64,000 bases of DNA. Source: a virus (taxonomy: Duplodnaviria > Heunggongvirae > Uroviricota > Caudoviricetes). Made by a program: the position numbers and the translations under genes. Location of the stretch: IMG/VR virus record IMGVR_UViG_3300044295_000252, positions 2,682-66,681 of that record. One strand, 5' to 3'. This document shows, in pieces, positions 45,815 through 54,506 of this stretch. The notes below the pieces were generated by a model. The model did not search any database, was not told the origin of the DNA, and saw only the letters and a program-made list of their open reading frames with translations. The first letter of the stretch is position 1. Every line of letters begins with the position of its first letter.

Positions 45815-45993
45815 TGATCAAAAAGATGAAGCTGTTTTATATCGTGGACCACAGCGATACCACTCTAGGCGAGGTTGAAGCCGTGGCTGGTCCATTCCAC
45901 ACCTGGACTGATGCTGCCGATGCCAAACGTAAAATGGACGATGCAGAATATTTGCGCATTGGTGAATTGACCGCACATGTGGAGGTGCTATAG
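45814..45993 (+). CDS. Hypothetical early protein
   Basis: TGATG-type coupling with the previous ORF. Confidence 0.5.
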   Translation: MIKKMKLFYIVDHSDTTLGEVEAVAGPFHTWTDAADAKRKMDDAEYLRIGELTAHVEVL

Positions 45994-45994
45994 C

Positions 45995-46141
45995 ATGTTT
46001 GCTAAATTTGGACGATTTTTGTTTGTTGTAGCGTTCTTCGTGCCCATTGTATTGAACAATGTTTGGATTCACGGACGTGGTGGTTGGCGCCAGACGCTGG
46101 TTGAAGCCAAAGAATTTATCTGCAAAGGACCGGATGTATGA
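45995..46141 (+). CDS. Small membrane protein (48 aa, not in the ORF track)
   Basis: SD GGAGG; MFAKFGRFLFVVAFFVPIVLN. Confidence 0.5.
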   Translation: MFAKFGRFLFVVAFFVPIVLNNVWIHGRGGWRQTLVEAKEFICKGPDV

Positions 46142-46284
46142 AAATATCTGACTTCAACTTGTTCGTGGCAGGCTTTGCTGTGGGTGTGGCCCTGGGTGCC
46201 GTCAAACTTGAACTCTACGGTTCGGCTGTTGTGATGGCTATATTGGCTGCGTTGAACTTTTACGGTTATTGGAAATGTCGATGA
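46138..46284 (+). CDS. Small two-TM membrane protein (48 aa, not in the ORF track)
   Basis: MKISDFNLFVAGFAVGVALG...; ATGA overlaps on both sides. Confidence 0.55.
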   Translation: MKISDFNLFVAGFAVGVALGAVKLELYGSAVVMAILAALNFYGYWKCR

Positions 46285-46718
46285 TTAAATTTGACAGAAC
46301 TTGGGGTGTGATCCAGCGGCTCAACGTGGAAGCTGATACCTTGGCTGCACTGCGTGGTGCAGTCTCAATCGCTATGAGCCAACACAAAAAGGTCACACAT
46401 TTCCGCGTGGAAACACTGACTGATAAACCCCTACCCAACGATTGGAGTGATGACCACGATCCCGATTTGGCTGGATCCGCTAGGTTGACTTTATTGTGGA
46501 CTCGTGACCGCGCCACTGACAATGAACTGCCTTTTGAATTGACCACAGTAGACGAAATCGTAGCCTTTTGTCAACAGTGGTTGGAAAAGAAAGGCACGTG
46601 GCCCACTGCCGAACCCGACACTGATGGCAGCATCGTCGAGGGATTCAGGATCAGCAACGGCCGCACGTTTGAGGCTGCGTTTGATATCACACCCATTTGG
46701 ATCGTATATGGCAAATAA
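46281..46718 (+). CDS. Hypothetical early protein
   Basis: ATGA coupling supports start 46281. Confidence 0.6.
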   Translation: MIKFDRTWGVIQRLNVEADTLAALRGAVSIAMSQHKKVTHFRVETLTDKPLPNDWSDDHDPDLAGSARLTLLWTRDRATDNELPFELTTVDEIVAFCQQWLEKKGTWPTAEPDTDGSIVEGFRISNGRTFEAAFDITPIWIVYGK

Positions 46719-47091
46719 AATCAGAATCAAAATACTGGCCCATCAGGGCGAATACTGTGACGAGCATGACCATCATATTCTCCGTGGCTGCACTGACTGG
46801 GAAGAAGTGGATGCGGATACTTACCACAAGTTGGTGGGTTGGTGCGCCATGAAGAATCGTGTGGGTTCATATGATGATGTGCGCTATTGCATCTTCACGG
46901 AAGAAAAATTCAACTTCATGCAGTGTGTGCAAGAGTATGTGGATCACATAGAAGCAGAAGAGCGTAAACGTGCCAAAGTCAAACGCAAGCGCGACCAAGC
47001 TCGACGGCTCAAGGCAGCGGCCAAGAACAAATTGGCCGAAGCACAGGAACGCAAACTCTTGGACGATCTCAAGAAAAAATACGAGGCATAA
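46708..47091 (+). CDS. Hypothetical early protein with basic coiled-coil tail
   Basis: MANKIRIK start overlaps the previous stop. Confidence 0.6.
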   Translation: MANKIRIKILAHQGEYCDEHDHHILRGCTDWEEVDADTYHKLVGWCAMKNRVGSYDDVRYCIFTEEKFNFMQCVQEYVDHIEAEERKRAKVKRKRDQARRLKAAAKNKLAEAQERKLLDDLKKKYEA

Positions 47092-47093
47092 AC

Positions 47094-47426
47094 ATGAGTG
47101 AAAATCGTTTTACCACGGAAGATCGTGCCTGTGTCAACTGTCTGCATTTCCGGCGATTCTGGAACCCATTTGCCCTATTGGATGTAATTTTTGGTGATGG
47201 TGAGGAATACTATCGCTGCATCCGTGGCGGCACCGAACGTAATTTCAATCCCATCACTGGCCGTGTGAAGATAAAAGTAAGTAGTCGTAGTTGCGCATCT
47301 GCCCGAGAATATCGCAACGAATGCAACCGTGGTGAGGCATGGGAACCCAGCGAGCGATTTGCTCGACGCAAAGAAAACTCGTTCAAGGTCGTTAATCATA
47401 TCGGTGACGAGGCAGGATCAAAGTAA
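47094..47426 (+). CDS. Hypothetical Cys-containing (possible zinc-binding) protein
   Basis: CVNC.HF..C..C..C spacing. Confidence 0.55.
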   Translation: MSENRFTTEDRACVNCLHFRRFWNPFALLDVIFGDGEEYYRCIRGGTERNFNPITGRVKIKVSSRSCASAREYRNECNRGEAWEPSERFARRKENSFKVVNHIGDEAGSK

Positions 47427-47428
47427 TC

Positions 47429-47650
47429 ATGGAAGCTATGCATTTAGGTGTTCCGGTCGCGGTCACAGTGGAATTTGGTCCTCCTCACCGACTTCGTCCA
47501 CAATGGTACACTAATTATATCGCACGTGATACGACCATACCCACGACCCAACTTGAACACTCGATACATATCATTTGGAATCCAACCAGTGCAACATTTG
47601 TTTTCCCCGACGAATCGACCCATATCATGTTCCTGTTGAAATGGGGTTAA
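47429..47650 (+). CDS. Hypothetical early protein
   Basis: Tandem ORF ending FLLKWG. Confidence 0.5.
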   Translation: MEAMHLGVPVAVTVEFGPPHRLRPQWYTNYIARDTTIPTTQLEHSIHIIWNPTSATFVFPDESTHIMFLLKWG

Positions 47651-47654
47651 TGCT

Positions 47655-47924
47655 ATGGCAGAATTAGTGATCCAAGCCCAAACCAGACTGAATTTCATCA
47701 ACCATGTGCGCGAGGTTTGCGACTATCTGCATACCAATCTCAGTCCGGTCAATCCCCAATGCGTATTGAATCCCACCGCCGATGATCGTGGACGTTTGGT
47801 CATGTACAGCACCGGCATTGATGAACAAACTGTTTGGCGTGTGGAAGAAGTTTACTACACTCGAGCTAAGGTTTGGGTCTGGAACCAGGCCGCGGCCACA
47901 TTTATCGCACTGAAATGGGCTTAG
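47655..47924 (+). CDS. Hypothetical early protein
   Basis: Tandem ORF ending FIALKWA, a similar tail to the previous ORF. Confidence 0.55.
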   Translation: MAELVIQAQTRLNFINHVREVCDYLHTNLSPVNPQCVLNPTADDRGRLVMYSTGIDEQTVWRVEEVYYTRAKVWVWNQAAATFIALKWA

Positions 47925-47926
47925 AC

Positions 47927-48142
47927 ATGGATGATGCCCTGGTTGACATGGTACACGAATACGAAGCTCAACAGCGTTGGGCTCGTGGTGAGCATCCCGG
48001 GTTCAGCTCGGGTATCTGTGGCAGCATCACCGCAGGTTATGGTGAGCTAGATCCCAGTGGCTACTGGCAATTCCCCTTGTATCCGGGATCACACTATCTA
48101 GAGATATGCAGTGAACGGCGCAGATTAGAGAAAAACGGTTGA
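47927..48142 (+). CDS. Hypothetical early protein
   Basis: ATG 2 nt after the previous stop. Confidence 0.5.
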   Translation: MDDALVDMVHEYEAQQRWARGEHPGFSSGICGSITAGYGELDPSGYWQFPLYPGSHYLEICSERRRLEKNG

Positions 48143-48172
48143 CGGCTAGGGGTTGACATAGGTTAATCGGTG

Positions 48173-48202
48173 TTGACATTGTATAAATAAGAGTATACAA
48201 TG
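48173..48202 (+). promoter_or_regulatory. Overlapping sigma70 (TTGACA-N17-TACAAT) and late (TATAAATA, 48182-89) promoters in a perfect 9-bp inverted repeat
   Basis: CATTGTATA (48177-85) pairs with TATACAATG (48194-202); SD GGAG begins at 48202. Confidence 0.65.
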
Positions 48203-48212
48203 GAGATATCAA

Positions 48213-49082
48213 ATGAAGTGTCAAAACCCCAAATGCAATAAAGAAGCAGCAATAAACACCAAAGGTAAACAGCTCAAACATTGTTCCATAAAATGTAGAG
48301 GTCAGGGAAACTCATTATTGAGTCGTGAAAAAGCCAAAGATACTTGGATCAAAAAATATGGGGTTGAAAATCCGCAACAAGTTAAAGAGATCAAAGAGCG
48401 AACAAACAGAACTGTTCAAAAGATTTACGGAGTAGCTAACGTATCGCAAGCTAAGATTATCAAGGAAAAAAAGAAACAAACTACGTTCAAAAATTACGGT
48501 GTTGAGCACCCACTTCAAAGTAATATAATTAAGGACAATGTCAAAAAAACCAATCTTGAAAGATATGGATGTGAGAATGTTTTTCAAAGTGAAGAGATAA
48601 AGGATAAAATGAAGGAAACTTATCTAGCCAAATATGATGTTGAGTTTCCTGGTCAAGTGGATGCAATAAAACAGAAGATAAAAGAAACCTTGTTGGAAAA
48701 TTATGGTGTTGAAAATCCCAGTCATTCCGCAATAGTGCAAAGAAGAATCATTGCGTCTGGAGTTAAACGAAAAGAATACGTTATGCCGTCAGGGAAGATT
48801 GTTTTAGTGCAAGGATACGAAAATAAAGCTCTAGATTATCTATTACAGGAATATCAAGAAAATGACATAATCGTGGGAGAACCAGAAAAGATACCGGTTA
48901 TTGATTATGTAGATGCTGATGGTAAAGCAAGAAGATATTTTCCAGACATTTATATTCCAAAAGATAATTTGCTTGTTGAAGTGAAATCAACATATACTTA
49001 CGAAAAAGACAAACAACGCAATCTTAAGAAAAAAGCTGCATGTGAAGAATTAGGTTACAAATTCAAATTTTACATAGGATAA
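48213..49082 (+). CDS. Putative free-standing homing endonuclease (zinc finger, YGV repeats, PD-(D/E)XK domain)
   Basis: C..C...CS.KC; six YG(V/C)/YDV repeats about 23 aa apart; YFPDIY...LLVEVKS; AT-rich inside a GC-richer region. Confidence 0.7.
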   Translation: MKCQNPKCNKEAAINTKGKQLKHCSIKCRGQGNSLLSREKAKDTWIKKYGVENPQQVKEIKERTNRTVQKIYGVANVSQAKIIKEKKKQTTFKNYGVEHPLQSNIIKDNVKKTNLERYGCENVFQSEEIKDKMKETYLAKYDVEFPGQVDAIKQKIKETLLENYGVENPSHSAIVQRRIIASGVKRKEYVMPSGKIVLVQGYENKALDYLLQEYQENDIIVGEPEKIPVIDYVDADGKARRYFPDIYIPKDNLLVEVKSTYTYEKDKQRNLKKKAACEELGYKFKFYIG

Positions 49083-49085
49083 ATT

Positions 49086-50255
49086 ATGCGAACTATCGAC
49101 GCTAAGACCAAAGTTTGGGACGGCAACGGATTGCCCATGGAACAGGGAGTTTTTGAACAAACTGCCAAGTTGGTTACCTTGCCCTTTGTCAAGGGAGTTC
49201 GTCTGATGCCGGATGCTCACGTTGGCATAGGCTCCACTGTTGGATCCGTAATCGCTACGCAGAACGCAATTATCCCGGCTACCGTTTCGGTAGATATTGG
49301 CTGTGGTATGAATGCGGTTCGCACCAGCTTGCGGGCCGAGGACTTGCCGGACAGCCTGCGTGATGTTCGCCTGCAGATTGAGCGCGATGTGCCCCTGGGC
49401 GCTGGTGGTGCTCACAAAACGGACTTTGATCCGTTTCCGCAACCCCTGGGTCAACGTGCGCGCCAGCTGTTCATCAAGCATCCCGGCCTGGAGACCAAAC
49501 AATGGCATCGCCAATTGGGCACCCTGGGTTCGGGCAATCACTTTATCGAACTGTGCTTGGACGAAGCCGGTGCGGTGTGGATCATGCTGCACTCGGGCTC
49601 GCGTGGTATTGGCAACACCATTGGTCGTCATTTTATCGAACGTGCGAAACGACTCATGGAGCAATATTTTATCACGCTGCCGGATCGTGATCTCGCTTAC
49701 CTGCCGGATGGCACCCAGGACTTCAACGACTATGTTGAGGCGCTGACTTGGGCACAGGACTATGCGCGTGAAAACCGTGCGGTAATGATGACTGCGGTGA
49801 TCGCGGCGCTGCGCCGGCATATCCCTGTGGAGTTTGAACTCACTCACGAAGCCATCAACTGCCACCACAATTATTGCGAGATTGAGAATCACTTTGGACA
49901 GAACTTGTTCATCACTCGCAAGGGTGCGATCCGTGCGCGTCAGGGTGACCTGGGCATTATCCCCGGCAGCATGGGTGCGAAAAGCTACATCGTGCGTGGT
50001 CTTGGCAACACCGAGAGCTACTGCTCATGTTCGCATGGAGCAGGTCGTAAGATGTCGCGCACCGAAGCGACCCGACGTTTCACGGTGGAAGACCTCAAGC
50101 GGCAGACCGAGGGTGTGGAGTGCAACAAGACCTCGGCGGTGATCGATGAGATTCCTGGTGCTTACAAAGATATCGATGTGGTGATGGAAAATCAAAACGA
50201 CTTGGTGGAGGTTGTGCATACTCTGCGTCAAGTACTTTGTGTCAAGGGTGCGTAA
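49086..50255 (+). CDS. rtcB: RtcB RNA ligase
   Basis: MPDAH, VDIGCG, LGTLGSGNHFIE, LHSGSRG, CHHNY, RKGA, IPGSMG, SHGAGR and DEIPGAYK. Confidence 0.95.
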   Translation: MRTIDAKTKVWDGNGLPMEQGVFEQTAKLVTLPFVKGVRLMPDAHVGIGSTVGSVIATQNAIIPATVSVDIGCGMNAVRTSLRAEDLPDSLRDVRLQIERDVPLGAGGAHKTDFDPFPQPLGQRARQLFIKHPGLETKQWHRQLGTLGSGNHFIELCLDEAGAVWIMLHSGSRGIGNTIGRHFIERAKRLMEQYFITLPDRDLAYLPDGTQDFNDYVEALTWAQDYARENRAVMMTAVIAALRRHIPVEFELTHEAINCHHNYCEIENHFGQNLFITRKGAIRARQGDLGIIPGSMGAKSYIVRGLGNTESYCSCSHGAGRKMSRTEATRRFTVEDLKRQTEGVECNKTSAVIDEIPGAYKDIDVVMENQNDLVEVVHTLRQVLCVKGA

Positions 50256-50551
50256 TGACTCGAGTAAAATCCGACACACATGGGCTTTATGTGAGAACCG
50301 ACGGGTCAGTGTTTAGGCCCGTCGCCACCGACTACAGCGACCACTCCGGAGTTTCCCAGGATGATGGCACCAGCGTCTTTGCTGCGGGTTCAGAGGTTCA
50401 AGCTAGGCATATTGGTGGCTCACCCTTTGCTGTGATCCGCGATGCTGAGCATGAAGAATACTGGCACAGTCATGGTTGTTACATCGGCGGGGATGGTAGG
50501 CAACTCGTCAGCTATCAACTGTGGGAACCTAAAACGGTTGACGTAAAATAG
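50255..50551 (+). CDS. Hypothetical protein
   Basis: TAATG coupling with rtcB. Confidence 0.55.
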   Translation: MTRVKSDTHGLYVRTDGSVFRPVATDYSDHSGVSQDDGTSVFAAGSEVQARHIGGSPFAVIRDAEHEEYWHSHGCYIGGDGRQLVSYQLWEPKTVDVK

Positions 50552-50566
50552 TCTTTATTGTATACT
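50538..50566 (+). promoter_or_regulatory. Early promoter TTGACG-N17-TATACT
   Basis: Upstream of SD GGAGG and the HD gene. Confidence 0.7.
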
Positions 50567-50592
50567 GAATATACAACTAAGGGAGGTAATTG

Positions 50593-51042
50593 ATGTCCAC
50601 TAGCAAAATGCTCGCACATGCTATCGCGCTCGCAGCCACTGCGCATCGTGAACAAACCGACAAGGCAGGTCGTCCCTATATATTGCATACCCTGAAAGTC
50701 ATGCATTATCTGCGCAGTGACGATGATGAACTCAATGCCATCGCTGTGCTGCATGACATCGTGGAAGACACCCGCGTCACTTATGAGCTTTTGCGGGGTA
50801 ACGGCATGACACCGCGTGTGGTCGAAGGCATCAGGGCCATGACCAAGCAGCCCGGTCAAACGCCCGAGGAATATCTAGCACAGGTCTTGGCCAACCCCGA
50901 TGCTGTTCGGGTCAAAATGGCGGATCTTCGACACAACAGCGATATCCGCAGGCTCAAGGGTGTGACCGAAAAAGATGTGCAACGTATCGAAAAATATAAT
51001 AAAATGTATGAGGTTCTTAAAAATCATGCTTCACACTGTTAA
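50593..51042 (+). CDS. HD-domain protein, small alarmone hydrolase/Mesh1-like
   Basis: AH..Q.DKAGRPYILH, AVLHDIVEDT and VKMADLRHN motifs of the SpoT-type hydrolase domain. Confidence 0.8.
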   Translation: MSTSKMLAHAIALAATAHREQTDKAGRPYILHTLKVMHYLRSDDDELNAIAVLHDIVEDTRVTYELLRGNGMTPRVVEGIRAMTKQPGQTPEEYLAQVLANPDAVRVKMADLRHNSDIRRLKGVTEKDVQRIEKYNKMYEVLKNHASHC

Positions 51043-51080
51043 TCCCGCATAATATGCGCTGATTAGTACTTGCATTCTAG

Positions 51081-51088
51081 CTTAAATA
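51081..51088 (+). promoter_or_regulatory. Late-type promoter CTTAAATA within an SD-pairing stem
   Basis: TTCTAGC (51075-81) pairs with GCTAGGA (51122-28); inner TTGGTAT/ATACCAA stem. Confidence 0.5.
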
Positions 51089-51135
51089 GTTTGGTATAAC
51101 AATAAAAACAAAATACCAATTGCTAGGAGCTAGAT

Positions 51136-54100
51136 ATGTTCAAGATACTAAAAAGTACCTTGGCCGCCCTACTATTGCTGACCAATCTGTCGGCATGGGC
51201 GGACCAAGTGTTAATAATTGATGCGCAGTACAGCACAGTTACACAAAACGTTAAGGGCCGACTGGAAGCAGCTGGTCATACAGTCACTGTCACTACCAAT
51301 ACTTCCTTGGTTCCCACGACCACCGGCACATACCAACAGGTCTGGGATCTTAGATACAGTGCTGCACTTACCGCAGGTGAAACTACTAACTACACCGCTT
51401 TCGTCACAGCAGGTGGCTTTGCATACTTTGTAACTGAAAATCCCGGTTGCTGTATGTCAAGGAACAACAGCGTAGCCGCATTAATTACAGGACTGGGCGG
51501 TGGTTCCACACAGATTGGTCCGGGCTGGGCAAATAATATTGAGTCAAATGTTAATACCACTTATATGACAACTGGTATCACTGTTAACTATGCGGCTGTG
51601 GCAGCAATTGTGAACAGTCAGGGTATACCACTTATCAGCGATGCCAGCAATGTAGTTAGTGGTATGAGCTGGATTGGACGCGCCGGTGCGCTGGGATCTG
51701 GTGTATTAGGAACTATTGTTACCGTAGCAGATACAAATTGGTTGGACTCTACACGATTTATAGTAGGTGGAACCAGCGCACAACAACAAAACGTTCAAGC
51801 ATTAGATGACATTATTAAGGGTATCGTAGCTGGTACAGTGGGAGGTACTATTAGTGCCAGCGGTAATGGTGCAGCGGCCAGCAATGGTGCTGCTCAACAG
51901 CAACAGCAACAGCAGCAAGCGCCTTCAACTTTTGATCACACCAATGCCACAGAAAATGTGCAAACAGATAAAATGACAGCAGGCACATTTACAGGTAATG
52001 GTGGTACATTAACCGCAAATAGCAATGCATTAACCGTTAGTAACAACATAGCCTTGGATACAAATGGCATGACCTACGATGCGAATGGTCAAAATAGTTC
52101 ACTAACCGGCGTTATATCAGGATCTGGCAGCATAACCTTCACTGGCAGCGGCACTACAACACTGACCGCCACAAATACATATACTGGTGCTACTACAATT
52201 AATTCTGGCGCTACCCTAGTAAACAATGGCAGTATAGCAAGTTCTAGTGGCGTTACTAACAATGGTACCTTTACTAACAACGGTGCAGCGCCGGGCGTAA
52301 CTAATGCTGGCACATTTACTAATAGCGCCACAGGTACCGCCGCCAGTTTAACTAATAGTGGTACTGCCACCAATGCAGGTACAATTACAGGCACAGTTAC
52401 TAATACAGGCACATTTACCAATAGTGGCACTACCGGCAATTGGACTAACTCTAATACCCTAAACAATTCCGGCACAATGGGCAACGGAACTAACACCGGT
52501 ACATTCACAAATGGTGGCACTGTAGGCACTGTATCTAATAATACTGGGGGTACATTCACAAATAACGGAACCACGGGCGCAGTTACTAACAATGCAGCAT
52601 TTACTAATAACCTAGGCAAAAATACAGGTGCAGTCACTAATACTGGTACATTTGCTAATGCAGGTACAACAGGCGCAGTAACTAATTCCAGTACCGGCAC
52701 ATTTACCAATAGTGGTACAACTACTACTGTCACTAACAACGGTTCATTTACCAACAGCGGCACAACTGGTGCGGTTGCAAACAATGATACCTTTGTTAAT
52801 AACACGGGTGCTACAACTGGTGCAGTGGCAAATACTTCTACATTTACAAATAATGGCACAATAGGCAATATTACAGGCAATACTGGTACAATTACAAATG
52901 CAGGTACCGCAGGTGACTGGCTTAACAATGCTACAATCAATAACTCTGGCATCATGGGCAATGGTATAAACAATGGCAATTTCACAAATAATACAGGTGC
53001 AACAGTAGGCAATTTTACTAATGCAGGCATTTTTAATAATCAGGGCACTATTGGCAATGTAACAGACAATAGCGGTGTTCTGCAGAATGCAGGCACCGCT
53101 CAAAATATTACCAACAGCGGCACCATTAGCAATACAGGCACAGCACAAGACATCACCAATAATGCAGGTGGTATCATTGCCAATACCGGAACCGTTAGTA
53201 ATGTAACAAATGCAGGTACATTTGCTAGTACAGGTACTGTGGGTGCAGTAGTTAACACTGGTACCTTTGCTAATAGTGGCACTATGACCAGTCTTAATAA
53301 TAGTGGTACCTTTATTGCTGGTCCTACTACATTAACCACTTATACTCAAACCGCAACTGGTTTTACCGTATTGGATTATGGTACTAAGCTAACAGTAACA
53401 GGTGCGGCCAATCTTAATGGTAACCTCACATTACTGGGCGCGGTGCCAGCACTGGGTAAGTATAGTGTATTGACTGGTAATGGAGTAACTGGCACGTACA
53501 GCGGCTATATTGGTGCGGGCGTTTTACACTACACACCTACAGAAGTTCAAGTCTGGATCATGCCTGATGGCACGGTGGTACAGACTCAGGTCAATAACTT
53601 GGCCAATAGCTTATCTGGCTTAAACAATATTGCAGCGGGCAGTATGAATTCGGCGCTGGGCAACGATTGCGCATCATTTGGCGCAAAACAGGCCTGTATG
53701 AGCACCAGTTTTGGTTCAACCAAAGTTGGTAGTGGTGATTTGAATTCAGTTGGCTTAACCTTAGCCAAAGCAATATCACCAAACTGGCGCATTGGTGTGT
53801 TTGGCAACAAATCCACTTCAGATCCAGAAACAGCTGATGTAAAATACAAAAGCAATCCCGCATTTGGTGGCTTCATAGGCTGGAACAAACACCCAGATGC
53901 AATTGGTTTGGCAGTTACACTAAGTGCTGCAACAACACGTGGGACCTACACTATTGGGTCAGACAAAACTAATGCTTCAGGTAACGCTGTTCAGTTAAAG
54001 TTAAGTTATAGTCAGCCCATAAGTTTAAAAACCACTGTCACACAATATGTAGGTATAAGACAAAGTGAGTTCAATGTGTCAGGATTTACTGAATCTAATG

Positions 54101-54444
54101 CACTGTTCCCCATAACTTATGGCAATGTTCAACAAAGAACTATTGACTTATTGTTGGGTACTAGTGTCGCTCATAGATTAAGTGATAAAATCACAGGTAC
54201 ATTTAGTGCTGGTGTAGTTCAAAACCTAAAAGCCACAGCAGGTACGGTCAATGCTGTAAGTGACATGGGTAATTTTACGTCTCAACTACCGGGCAACAGC
54301 TATATTGCAGCATCAGCAGGCCTAGGCCTAAGTGTACAAGTAGCCAAAAACCAAAGACTGGGAATTAATACTGGTTGGCAACAACGTGGTCTTACCAATC
54401 CTAATATCACCAATTATGGTATTAGCTATAGCGTAGGATTTTAA
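51136..54444 (+). CDS. Type Va autotransporter/adhesin-like outer-membrane protein
   Basis: Sec signal peptide ending SAWA; passenger-associated repeat SITFTGSGTTTLTATNTYTGATTINSG; about 15-aa N/T/G beta-helix repeats; amphipathic beta-barrel ending YGISYSVGF. Confidence 0.8.
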   Translation: MFKILKSTLAALLLLTNLSAWADQVLIIDAQYSTVTQNVKGRLEAAGHTVTVTTNTSLVPTTTGTYQQVWDLRYSAALTAGETTNYTAFVTAGGFAYFVTENPGCCMSRNNSVAALITGLGGGSTQIGPGWANNIESNVNTTYMTTGITVNYAAVAAIVNSQGIPLISDASNVVSGMSWIGRAGALGSGVLGTIVTVADTNWLDSTRFIVGGTSAQQQNVQALDDIIKGIVAGTVGGTISASGNGAAASNGAAQQQQQQQQAPSTFDHTNATENVQTDKMTAGTFTGNGGTLTANSNALTVSNNIALDTNGMTYDANGQNSSLTGVISGSGSITFTGSGTTTLTATNTYTGATTINSGATLVNNGSIASSSGVTNNGTFTNNGAAPGVTNAGTFTNSATGTAASLTNSGTATNAGTITGTVTNTGTFTNSGTTGNWTNSNTLNNSGTMGNGTNTGTFTNGGTVGTVSNNTGGTFTNNGTTGAVTNNAAFTNNLGKNTGAVTNTGTFANAGTTGAVTNSSTGTFTNSGTTTTVTNNGSFTNSGTTGAVANNDTFVNNTGATTGAVANTSTFTNNGTIGNITGNTGTITNAGTAGDWLNNATINNSGIMGNGINNGNFTNNTGATVGNFTNAGIFNNQGTIGNVTDNSGVLQNAGTAQNITNSGTISNTGTAQDITNNAGGIIANTGTVSNVTNAGTFASTGTVGAVVNTGTFANSGTMTSLNNSGTFIAGPTTLTTYTQTATGFTVLDYGTKLTVTGAANLNGNLTLLGAVPALGKYSVLTGNGVTGTYSGYIGAGVLHYTPTEVQVWIMPDGTVVQTQVNNLANSLSGLNNIAAGSMNSALGNDCASFGAKQACMSTSFGSTKVGSGDLNSVGLTLAKAISPNWRIGVFGNKSTSDPETADVKYKSNPAFGGFIGWNKHPDAIGLAVTLSAATTRGTYTIGSDKTNASGNAVQLKLSYSQPISLKTTVTQYVGIRQSEFNVSGFTESNALFPITYGNVQQRTIDLLLGTSVAHRLSDKITGTFSAGVVQNLKATAGTVNAVSDMGNFTSQLPGNSYIAASAGLGLSVQVAKNQRLGINTGWQQRGLTNPNITNYGISYSVGF

Positions 54445-54451
54445 GTTAGAG

Positions 54452-54489
54452 ACTTATTGCACTCATATTAAATTATGAGTGCAGTAAGT
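54452..54489. terminator. 16-bp inverted repeat (terminator, processing site or operator)
   Basis: ACTTATTGCACTCATA-TTAAAT-TATGAGTGCAGTAAGT, one G-U pair; no clear U tract. Confidence 0.55.
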
Positions 54490-54493
54490 TGTT

Positions 54494-54501
54494 GGTAAAT
54501 A
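54494..54501 (+). promoter_or_regulatory. Late-type promoter GGTAAATA
   Basis: Ends 5 nt before ATG 54507. Confidence 0.4.
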
Positions 54502-54506
54502 TTTGC

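Noticed and set aside
49050-50279. Long overlapping ORFs inside rtcB (49050-49892 minus, 49312-49746 plus, others)
   Set aside because: Expected by-products of locally high GC; no recognisable motifs.
51895-51918. CAA/CAG tract as a phase-variation switch
   Set aside because: Units are 3 or 6 nt, so slippage keeps the frame; treated as a Gln8 linker.
52089-53888. Minus-strand Val/Pro/Leu-rich ORFs up to 313 aa
   Set aside because: Antisense mirror of the N/T/G passenger repeats of the autotransporter.
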